This document shows, piece after piece, positions 27,820-35,964 of a stretch of DNA of 64,000 bases. Source of the DNA: Candidatus Sericytochromatia bacterium (lineage in GTDB: Bacteria > Cyanobacteriota > Sericytochromatia > UBA7694); assembly GCA_044356335.1 (NCBI GenBank), contig JBIKWL010000003.1, positions 9,950-73,949 on the forward strand. Reading direction: 5' to 3'. A program made the position numbers and the translations under genes. Position 1 is the first letter of the stretch, and every line of letters starts with the position of its first letter. The notes below the pieces were generated by a model. The model had not been told where the DNA came from. It saw only the letters and a list, made by a program, of their open reading frames with translations, and did not search any database.

Positions 27820-28922
27820 GTTTGCGCCGCTCTGCCCCGGGCATTCGGCTCACTGGTTTATTCTGGATTTTTGCCAGCTTTTTCTGGGCTTGCCTGTTCT
27901 GGGCCGGGGAGAGTTTTGCCAACGACAGCAGCATTGCGTTTGAGGCGGGACTGCCCCGGCTCCAGTCTGAAAAAGACGTGGACATGGTGGCTGAGAAATT
28001 GGTCTTTTCTTTTAGGCCCCCTCAGCGCTTGCCCGTCGGTAAGGCCTGCCCGGCTTGGAGCCGGGTTTACGATGGCTTTTGCGAGATTCCCAGCCACTGG
28101 GTGGCCGAGCTAAAATACACTTTTCGCAACCGTGGGCCGGCACGCAAATTGCAGATCGGCCTGCCTTTTGACATGCCCCCCTGCCCCCCAGAAAGTGATA
28201 TTAACGGGCCGAAGGCCTGTGACCCAATTGAAAATTTCGGCACCTGGCTTGATGGTCAACGGGTGCCGGTCACGTTTTTAAACCAAACCTGGCAAGAGGC
28301 GATTCCCTTTAACCGGGTCTATCTTTCCGAGGTGCCTTTTGCCAGGGGGCAAACCCGCGTCTTGCGCCACCAATACCTGAGTTACCACCAATCGGGCATT
28401 GGTGGGGAGCGCTTTCGCTATTTGCTGCGCACGGGCAGCACCTGGGGCCAACCGATTGAAAAAGTCGAAATCGAATTTGAATTGCCGCCCCAACTCGGCC
28501 CCTGTGCCCTGAGCAATTTGCCTTTTCAGCGCCGGGGGAATTGGCTCAAAATTGAGCTGCGCCATTGGCGTCCAGATCGCGACCTGGAAATCGCCTTTGC
28601 CTCGCGCGAGCGGGTCCTGCTTGGGACCGCCTTTCATCCCTATGGACAAGCCGCGGAAGCTGATCTCTGCGCCGAGGCCCGCGCTTTGGCCCCAGAAACA
28701 CGTCAAATCCTGGTGGACCAAGTCAAACGCCTCTATGGGGCTCCTGCCAGTGCCACCCCCCAACTCGCAGGTGATGCCTGGCCGCTCTGCACCAATGCAG
28801 ATTATCTCTCTCCCTACCGCGATAAAGGATTTTCCCTGCCCTTTTTGCCAGATCCGGCTTGGCCCGGCAATCTGCCCAGCGGGCTGGCGATCTGTTTAAA
28901 AGAATTGGAAAACAAACCATGA
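27816..28922 (+). CDS. secreted hypothetical protein (possibly DUF4424-like)
   Basis: GTG overlaps the upstream stop (GTGA). Signal-like LTGLFWIFASFFWACLFWAGESFA is followed by NDSSIAFEAG. The DUF4424 assignment is from memory only. Confidence 0.6.
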   Translation: MSLRRSAPGIRLTGLFWIFASFFWACLFWAGESFANDSSIAFEAGLPRLQSEKDVDMVAEKLVFSFRPPQRLPVGKACPAWSRVYDGFCEIPSHWVAELKYTFRNRGPARKLQIGLPFDMPPCPPESDINGPKACDPIENFGTWLDGQRVPVTFLNQTWQEAIPFNRVYLSEVPFARGQTRVLRHQYLSYHQSGIGGERFRYLLRTGSTWGQPIEKVEIEFELPPQLGPCALSNLPFQRRGNWLKIELRHWRPDRDLEIAFASRERVLLGTAFHPYGQAAEADLCAEARALAPETRQILVDQVKRLYGAPASATPQLAGDAWPLCTNADYLSPYRDKGFSLPFLPDPAWPGNLPSGLAICLKELENKP

Positions 28923-30049
28923 CCAGCGCCGAACAGATTCCCGCTATCCAAAGCCTGCAACTTTCCCTGGGCCCCTTTAACAGCTCAGAAATTCGCATCG
29001 GCGCAGGCATATTAACCTGCCTGCCCGAGTGGTTGCCCAAAGACAGCAGCGATCCCCATGTGGTGCTGGTGGCTGACTCTTTTTTAAGCGCTCAGGCCGA
29101 AGCGCTTCAGGCCGCCTTTTTGGCCCAGGGCTGGCGGGCTGACCTGATTCAAGTGCAGGTCAGTGAGGCCTTTAAAGATTTGGAAAAGCTCTTGCCACTT
29201 TACGGCCAATTGCTCGAAGCCAAAACCCATCGCCGCTCCTGGCTCTTGGCCCTGGGAGGCGGTGTGATCGGCGACGCAGCGGGTTTTCTCGCTGCCAGTT
29301 ATATGCGCGGGATTCGTTGGGTTAGCTTGCCTTCGACCTTGCTGGCCCAGGTCGATAGCGGCCTCGGCGGCAAAACGGGGGTCAATCATCCGGCAGGCAA
29401 AAACCTGATCGGGGCCTTTCACCAACCCCGTTGGGTACTCTGTGATTCGGAGTTATTGAACAGTTTGCCCGCCCGTGACGTGGTCTCGGGCCTGGGTGAG
29501 ATGTTGAAATACGGATTGATCTACGATGCCGCCTTTTTTGACTGGCTGATGGCCCATTTGCAAGCCCTGCAATCCCTGGATTCAGCTTGCTTGGTTGATG
29601 CGATTGGTCGCTGTGTCGGCTTTAAACTGCAGGCCGTGGCCGCCGACGAACGCGACGAAAGCGGGGTGCGCGAAATCCTCAATTTTGGTCATACCGTGGG
29701 TCATGCGCTTGAAAGTTTGAGTGATTATGGCTATTACCGCCACGGCGAAGCGGTGATTTTGGGCATGTGGGCTGCAATTGAAATCTCTGCCAGATCAGGT
29801 CTGCTGGCTGAGTCCAGCGCAAAAGAGTTACAAAATAACCTCGAAAAATTAAAACTGCCAGCCATTCCCGAAATTATCACCGACAATGCGATCTGGGCCA
29901 AGCTGCGCTACGACAAAAAAGCCGAAGGCAGTTCCCTGCGCCTGATACTGCTCAAAAATCTGGGCCAACCTGTGGTGGTCAAAGACACGCCCCCTGCGCT
30001 TATTCGGGAAGGAATTCAGGCACTTTTGAAGCGCTTTCAAGCCCTTTAA
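28919..30049 (+). CDS. aroB: 3-dehydroquinate synthase
   Basis: GGGVIGDAAGFLAASYMRGIRWVSLPSTLLAQVDSGLGGKTGVNHPAGKNLIGAFHQP. ATG 28919 overlaps the upstream TGA (ATGA). Confidence 0.9.
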   Translation: MTSAEQIPAIQSLQLSLGPFNSSEIRIGAGILTCLPEWLPKDSSDPHVVLVADSFLSAQAEALQAAFLAQGWRADLIQVQVSEAFKDLEKLLPLYGQLLEAKTHRRSWLLALGGGVIGDAAGFLAASYMRGIRWVSLPSTLLAQVDSGLGGKTGVNHPAGKNLIGAFHQPRWVLCDSELLNSLPARDVVSGLGEMLKYGLIYDAAFFDWLMAHLQALQSLDSACLVDAIGRCVGFKLQAVAADERDESGVREILNFGHTVGHALESLSDYGYYRHGEAVILGMWAAIEISARSGLLAESSAKELQNNLEKLKLPAIPEIITDNAIWAKLRYDKKAEGSSLRLILLKNLGQPVVVKDTPPALIREGIQALLKRFQAL

Positions 30050-30788
30050 AATAGTCCATCAGGCGCGTCAGCAATAGCTGTTTGTGCCCGGCTGGGGCCA
30101 ATCGTTCAAAGATCGCTTCAAAGCGATCTGCCAAAGGTGCAAAGGCGTAAAACAAGAGGTTTTGCCCTTGGCTGACCTCGGCTTGAATGCGCAGGGCCTC
30201 TGAATTGCACGTCAGTGGGAGGGGCTTCTTGCGCGCCATCATCTGCTGTAAAAATCCTGAAAGCGGCAGGGGTTTTTCGCCAGGCAGGCGTTTGCTAAAA
30301 AAATAGCCCATGGCCCGGCAGCTCAGGGGCCGGTAGGCATAAACAGAGCAGCGACCATCGAGTAAGAGTGGGCAGCCGAGTTGGGCATAGGCATTGCGGG
30401 GGTGACGGGGCCAGCCTTGGCTGTCAAAATCCGCTTCAGGAATCGCAGACACCTGGGCCTGCACCCGTGCGCGGGTTGTTTCGGGCATTTCTGAAAGCGC
30501 CACTTGCACCAGCTCCCACTCGGCCCACGTTACTTCGGGCAGGGCATAGCTCTCACAGCAACGGCTGCAGCCCTGGGCGCAGCCAATATTGGGGTTGAGC
30601 TTTTGCAGCCGGTCGGTGAGAATATCCACGGCCAGCAGGCATTGCTCCAGCAACAGGTGATCTTTGATTTCTTCAGCCAAAAAATGCACATCTTCGATCC
30701 AGGACTTTTGCTCAGGGCTCAGTTGATCGTACAGGGCCCGGATTTCGGGCTGCATTTGTTTGGGCGGTTCAGGGCGTGGCATGGGCAA
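30000..30788 (-). CDS. YkgJ-family CxxCxxCC cysteine-cluster (zinc/iron-chelating) protein
   Basis: CAQGCSRCCESY motif plus downstream Cys residues. Paralog of 30769-31374. Confidence 0.75.
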   Translation of the reverse strand: MPMPRPEPPKQMQPEIRALYDQLSPEQKSWIEDVHFLAEEIKDHLLLEQCLLAVDILTDRLQKLNPNIGCAQGCSRCCESYALPEVTWAEWELVQVALSEMPETTRARVQAQVSAIPEADFDSQGWPRHPRNAYAQLGCPLLLDGRCSVYAYRPLSCRAMGYFFSKRLPGEKPLPLSGFLQQMMARKKPLPLTCNSEALRIQAEVSQGQNLLFYAFAPLADRFEAIFERLAPAGHKQLLLTRLMDYFKGLESASKVPEFLPE

Positions 30789-31374
30789 AATACCTCTCTA
30801 AGAAGGCCAATAAGCTCGATGCGGGTTTGCCATCGAGGTCTTCCAGCGTTTGGAACAGGGTTTCGCGCGGGGGCAGATTCACAGGCGGTGCATCTGCCAT
30901 TTTGAGTTGTTTTTCCCAGCGCTCTTTTTCCATGGTGCAGCTGTAGATCTCCTGCCAATTGTCGGGGTCGGAGTCGGCGAAGAGACGCGTATTGCCAAAG
31001 GTACGGCAGGTTAAGGGCCGCGCAGCATAGATCGAACAGCGGCGGTTTTCCAAAAAAGGACAGGTGGTTTCAAACAAGGCCTCGCGTAAACTGACCAATT
31101 CGCCGCTTTTTAGGTTCTGACGAAGGCCCTGTTTCAGGGTCTCAAAGCGCTCCCTCACCCGGGCTGTAAAGGCCGAATCTTGCGCGAGCAGGGCTTCTAT
31201 TCCCTGCCACTCCAGGGTATAGGTGATCGGGCTGCCGTGGTGTTCGCAGCAAAAAGAACAGCCAGCATGGCAGATCATCTCTGGGTTTTGGCTGTGAACT
31301 TCTTGTTGCAGCCGATCGGCCTCGGCAAACAAGGCACTCAGGGCTTCAACCTGAGAGGCGGGAGCAGATTCCAT
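30769..31374 (-). CDS. YkgJ-family CxxCxxCC cysteine-cluster protein
   Basis: CHAGCSFCCEHHG motif and CPFLENRRCSIYAARPLTCR. Confidence 0.75.
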   Translation of the reverse strand: MESAPASQVEALSALFAEADRLQQEVHSQNPEMICHAGCSFCCEHHGSPITYTLEWQGIEALLAQDSAFTARVRERFETLKQGLRQNLKSGELVSLREALFETTCPFLENRRCSIYAARPLTCRTFGNTRLFADSDPDNWQEIYSCTMEKERWEKQLKMADAPPVNLPPRETLFQTLEDLDGKPASSLLAFLERYFAHATP

Positions 31375-31383
31375 CGGGCAACC

Positions 31384-32283
31384 TCAATCGGACAAGTGAT
31401 GCTGTATCTTACCATTTTGAGGCAGGGACTGCAGCGCAGCTGTTGAACTGTAATTCAACACAAACAAACTTGGAGCTGCACCATCGTTGTCTGAACCCAG
31501 ATAGATCTTGCCTGGCGCCAAAGCCAAGCCCTCGATTTTGTGACCGACAAAACGGGAATCGAGTTGGCTCAAATTGAACCATAAGCTGGGTTTGATTACG
31601 TTCTCAGTTTCGAATTTGGAATAATTTTCGATCATGCCCAGATACGAATCACCAATTTGCCCATCTTCGTAGACACTGCCTGTCAACTCTGTGGTGGCTG
31701 TAAACCAGAGACGGTCGGTCTCGGCCTCGTATTCCAGCGCAGAAATCCCCGCAAAGGTTTCTGTGGGCAAATCCAAACGCTGATGGCCCGTGACCTGTTC
31801 GGCCTGAACCCGAATCAGGGTATTTACAGGTTGGCCCAAATGGCCCCGATTGGCCAAAAGCAATCCACCGCCAAAGGCTGCTGCCCCTTCGATATTTAAT
31901 TCCAGACCTTTGGCTACAATCTGGCTGTAAACAGGGCTTAAGCTGCAAACTTCAAAGGTTTGACCATCAAGATCCACTTTGACCAAGCGATTGCGGATCG
32001 TGCCCAAGGAGCCAGATCCAAAAATCCAGAGCTGGCCATCGACCCAAGCTGAAGCCTCAAAATCTGATTTATGCGCCTTGGGAATTTCAGCAAAATCCCC
32101 ATTGGGATTCAAAGCCAAACGCTGAGAAATCTCAAAGGTGTTTAAATCGAGCTGATAAAGACCATCGACATTGTCTGCCAAGAGCCAGAGGCCTTCGGGA
32201 CTCCAGTGTAAGGCGGAAATGCCGGGCAGGGCATTTAAAGTCAGCGCCAGCCAAAGTGAAAATGGGGCAAGTAATTCTGCCAT
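31384..32283 (-). CDS. hypothetical protein, possibly beta-propeller-like
   Basis: 299-aa ORF with repeated beta-strand-like W/F..G segments. 9-11-nt gaps to neighbours. The fold assignment is a guess. Confidence 0.55.
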   Translation of the reverse strand: MAELLAPFSLWLALTLNALPGISALHWSPEGLWLLADNVDGLYQLDLNTFEISQRLALNPNGDFAEIPKAHKSDFEASAWVDGQLWIFGSGSLGTIRNRLVKVDLDGQTFEVCSLSPVYSQIVAKGLELNIEGAAAFGGGLLLANRGHLGQPVNTLIRVQAEQVTGHQRLDLPTETFAGISALEYEAETDRLWFTATTELTGSVYEDGQIGDSYLGMIENYSKFETENVIKPSLWFNLSQLDSRFVGHKIEGLALAPGKIYLGSDNDGAAPSLFVLNYSSTAALQSLPQNGKIQHHLSD

Positions 32284-32294
32284 AACTTCCTCTT

Positions 32295-34127
32295 TTAATT
32301 TGTAAGTTGCGTTTCATTCTCGGCGCGATCAGGGGCAAGCCCTGTCTCTGGCTCAGCCTGCAAAACGGGCCTCAAAACTTGATCAAAGGGCAAGTCTGAC
32401 TCTTCTGTCAGGTCATAGGCCTGGGTAAAGCTGTGTACCAAAAAAACTCCTGCGACGATCAGGACCAGGCCCAAGAGGGGCTGAGGTGAGAGGCCTGAGC
32501 TGAGATTAAACACGATTATAAGGCTGAGATTGTAAATCGCATGGGTCAAAATACTGGCCTTTAAACTGCCCGAATGGATATAGACCAATCCCAGCAGGCG
32601 ACCGATCCATGCCAAATACAAAATAGCATGTAAATGAATCACGCCAAAATAAAGTGATGAGCGATTTAAGGCCTTGGGCAAAGACATCGTCGTTTTGAGC
32701 CGGTGCAATAAAAGTCCCCGAAAAAAATACTCCTCGACAATCGGTGCGGCAATCACCGCTGTCAGCATCAAAAACAGATTGTGTAAGAGTGAGGAAAGAC
32801 TGTCGAGGGGTTTTAATAAGAGGGCTTCAGAGAATTGTGAGGTCTCCGAAACCTGTGCTCCTCCGACTTGAAAGAGCTGCATCAAACCCAGAGAGATCAT
32901 CAGCAGTCCCAGCGCGACTTTCCAAATCCAGTGTGGATCAAAATGGGGTTGGAGCTCTCCCAAAAACGCTTTCAGGGAGATTTGGTAACCGTTTAAGGCC
33001 TTACCAATTTCTAGCAGCAAGAACAGATACAGCCCCAAAACCCAGAACTGAATCAGAGGTGAAAGTTGGAACCCCACCCCTTGCACCTCTTGGCCGGGGC
33101 TTTCTGCCAAAAAATGAGGCGCCTGAAAAAGCAGGATTTCAAAAACGATGACCATGCCAAAACTGAGCAACGCGCGTAAGCAAAAGCCGGGCAACCAGGT
33201 GCGCAGGCGCATGTCTTCTAATGGTCTGAGCGCCTTCTGTTCGGGATTATTTGGCCAAGGCAGAGCTGGCAGTGGCAGAGCATGTTTAAAACACCAAATC
33301 CCCAGCCCAACAAACCCCATCAGCCCCAACAGGCTCAGGGCCCAGGTCCGCAGGCTTTCAAACTCTGCCAAAGCAATTTCAGCCTGGGGATAAAGCCACA
33401 GCCAGAACAAGAGCAAAGCTGTGAGTCCGATTTGCAAGAACAGGGTTTTGCGCAAGCTGCCCCCGGCAAAATAATGCAAGCCCAGCAAAACGCCCAGCAC
33501 AGCGCCCAGCAGCGGAACCAAGGGGTATAACACGGCTCCAAATGCAGCCAAAGTGATCAATGCAAGCCATTTGGGCCAACCTGCCTGGGCCGCCCGATGC
33601 AAAATTCCCAGAACGCCAAGGCTATTGAAGAGCCAGGGCAAAACCCCCAAATAGAGTCCCAGCCCCACAGCGGCATACCCTATTTTGTCACGAAAAACCC
33701 CTGCAAATGTGTACAGATCGGGAAAGACGCCCTCTGAAAAAAAAGCAATTAAATGAGGCCCTGCGTGTATCAGCGGGATGCTTAGCGCTAAGGCAAAAAG
33801 ACCATAGCTGAACTCCAGCACTGTGGTCAGCGGTCGCCGCCCAGCTTGAAGCCCATGAAACAAGGGCCATTTGCGGTAGAATAATATCCCTGAACTGATC
33901 AACATCAACCCAAAATCCAAGGCCAAAACCAGAATCTGCCACAAAAATAGCAAAAGCAAAGCTTCGTCTGGCTCAGACAGGCTCAGTTTGAAGATCAAAA
34001 AACCGCTGCTTTGCAAGAAGAGCACCAGCGTGATCAGGCTACTTAAGAACCAACCAAACTGAAAATGCTTGCTCAAACCAAAATCTGGCTTCGCAAGGTA
34101 AAGGGCTTGCCTTCCCAGTCTTTGCAA
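32295..34127 (-). CDS. polytopic membrane protein with C-terminal CPBP (CAAX protease/bacteriocin-processing) domain
   Basis: More than 10 predicted TM helices. CPBP motifs APIVEEYFFRG, FGVIHL and HAIYNL. The alternative start TTG 34076 overlaps the rSAM stop (TTGA). Confidence 0.8.
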   Translation of the reverse strand: MQRLGRQALYLAKPDFGLSKHFQFGWFLSSLITLVLFLQSSGFLIFKLSLSEPDEALLLLFLWQILVLALDFGLMLISSGILFYRKWPLFHGLQAGRRPLTTVLEFSYGLFALALSIPLIHAGPHLIAFFSEGVFPDLYTFAGVFRDKIGYAAVGLGLYLGVLPWLFNSLGVLGILHRAAQAGWPKWLALITLAAFGAVLYPLVPLLGAVLGVLLGLHYFAGGSLRKTLFLQIGLTALLLFWLWLYPQAEIALAEFESLRTWALSLLGLMGFVGLGIWCFKHALPLPALPWPNNPEQKALRPLEDMRLRTWLPGFCLRALLSFGMVIVFEILLFQAPHFLAESPGQEVQGVGFQLSPLIQFWVLGLYLFLLLEIGKALNGYQISLKAFLGELQPHFDPHWIWKVALGLLMISLGLMQLFQVGGAQVSETSQFSEALLLKPLDSLSSLLHNLFLMLTAVIAAPIVEEYFFRGLLLHRLKTTMSLPKALNRSSLYFGVIHLHAILYLAWIGRLLGLVYIHSGSLKASILTHAIYNLSLIIVFNLSSGLSPQPLLGLVLIVAGVFLVHSFTQAYDLTEESDLPFDQVLRPVLQAEPETGLAPDRAENETQLTN

Positions 34128-35956
34128 TAGGCGATCGGCCTATTTTGGAGCGGCACAGGCTCACCCTTGCGTGCCCCTTGAAAATACTCCCACAAATTCC
34201 AGTTTAAGGCAATTTCAAAAGGGCCTGGGCGCATATCCAGATCAAAAGCCAAGCGGCTGAGTTGAATCGCTTCACTGAGCAGGTTGGGGGGGAGTTCGAG
34301 CGATTTTTGTGCCAAGAGTTCTTCCAAATGTGCCTGGCACTCAGCATAGACCGCATCAACTTGGCCATTGAGAATCCAGTGTAAAAACAGGTATTCATCT
34401 GCCAGCCAGAACACCTCCCACTGGCCCTCTCCCATGATAAATTCATAATCACCCGCTTGGATCGCGCGGGCCTTGTCTCTAAGCAAACCCATGGCGGCAT
34501 GTAAGAGCGGCCGCTCTGGGGGAGCGGCCATAAGCCATTCCAGCATTTCGCGGTAGCTCAGGCCATATTCTTGATGGAGCAGAATAAAAGGCAATTGCAG
34601 CCATTCTTTGCGAAAGTGAAAAAGTCCAGTGACCCAGGCAAAAACCCGTGTTTTGACCCAGTCTTCGCGGGGCATGGTGGCAGAGCCCACCACCAATTCT
34701 TGGCTCTCTTCGATGCCGTCGATGGCCTCTTCGGGTTTGCGGTGAACATTGGCCAGGGGCACCATCACTGTTTCCAGGCCGTATTTGGCGATATATGCCG
34801 GGTCGCCCATTTCGGCATTGGGCAAAATCGCCAGATTGTGGAATTTAATGCAGCTGTGTTGGCCTTGTGAGAGCAGGGTATCGATGCCATTGGCAAAGGT
34901 CTCGTAGCTCTCACCAGGCAGTCCGACGATGATATCTGTATAGGTCATGATCCCATCGCGGGTAAAGCGGCGCAGCAATTCTTGGTAAAAGGCCGAGGAG
35001 ATATTTTCGCGCCGAATGCTGGCCAAGGTCTGGGGGTCGACTGATTGCATCGAAAGTGTCACTTCGCTGTTGAGCCCCGCCCCATAGAGCAGGGTTTGAA
35101 TCTGGTAGACCCGCTCAGTGGCATTTTTGGCGTTCTGAAACGACATTAACTTGGGATAGCCCCATTCTTTTTTTGTTTGGGCCAGATATTCCGCCAATTG
35201 AACATCGCGCGGCAAAATGCCAAAATTGGCGTCACAGCAAAAGACAAATTCCAATTGGTGTTTGACAAACCAGTCGATTTCGGCGTAAAGCCTTTCCAAG
35301 TCAAAACTAAAGACCTTGCTCTGAACGGCTGAACCCCAATCACAAAAGCTGCACGAAAACGGGCAACCGCGATTGCTCTCCCACATCGCTGACCAATTTA
35401 CAGGTTTGGGCTGGGATTGAATCAAACGGTCAAAGACCCCACTTAAATAGGGCGAGGGAATGGTATTGAGATCTTTGATGCGGGCGGCTTTGGGGTGGTG
35501 AACAAATTGCTCCCCACTGAGATAGCTGATGCCTGGAATCGCTTGCCAATCGCGGGTTTCGATTTGCTCAAGGATTTTTAAAAAGGTGGCTTCCCCTTCG
35601 CCATGCACACAGAGGTCAATAAAGGGGTGGGAACGCAGAAATTCTTCGGCTCTGTCAGGCACCTGCGGCCCACCAAAGACAATCAAAACTTGGGGATTGG
35701 CTTCTTTTACGGCCTGGGCCAGGGCCAAGGTGCGCTTAAAATTCCACATGTAGGTGCTAAAACCCACGAGATCGGCCTCGCGAAAAAACCAGCGGGCCTG
35801 GGCCAAAGAAACGGGTTTGTGGATGGGCAATAAAAATTCAAAGGACTCGGGTTGACGGAGATATTTCTGCGCGTAGGCCTGAAGCAGCCCCACGGAGTAG
35901 GGCAGGTAATTCATCGCGTTGCTGTTGATCTGAACCAGGCCAATTTTCCAAGCCAT
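34073..35956 (-). CDS. B12-binding-domain radical SAM enzyme (class B rSAM) with C-terminal extension
   Basis: N-terminal Rossmann-like ADLVGFSTYMWN...LIVFGGPQV. Radical SAM cluster NRGCPFSCSFCDW (CxxxCxxC). CDANFGI and GLPGES blocks. Confidence 0.9.
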   Translation of the reverse strand: MAWKIGLVQINSNAMNYLPYSVGLLQAYAQKYLRQPESFEFLLPIHKPVSLAQARWFFREADLVGFSTYMWNFKRTLALAQAVKEANPQVLIVFGGPQVPDRAEEFLRSHPFIDLCVHGEGEATFLKILEQIETRDWQAIPGISYLSGEQFVHHPKAARIKDLNTIPSPYLSGVFDRLIQSQPKPVNWSAMWESNRGCPFSCSFCDWGSAVQSKVFSFDLERLYAEIDWFVKHQLEFVFCCDANFGILPRDVQLAEYLAQTKKEWGYPKLMSFQNAKNATERVYQIQTLLYGAGLNSEVTLSMQSVDPQTLASIRRENISSAFYQELLRRFTRDGIMTYTDIIVGLPGESYETFANGIDTLLSQGQHSCIKFHNLAILPNAEMGDPAYIAKYGLETVMVPLANVHRKPEEAIDGIEESQELVVGSATMPREDWVKTRVFAWVTGLFHFRKEWLQLPFILLHQEYGLSYREMLEWLMAAPPERPLLHAAMGLLRDKARAIQAGDYEFIMGEGQWEVFWLADEYLFLHWILNGQVDAVYAECQAHLEELLAQKSLELPPNLLSEAIQLSRLAFDLDMRPGPFEIALNWNLWEYFQGARKGEPVPLQNRPIAYCKDWEGKPFTLRSQILV

Positions 35957-35964
35957 GGCGCTAA

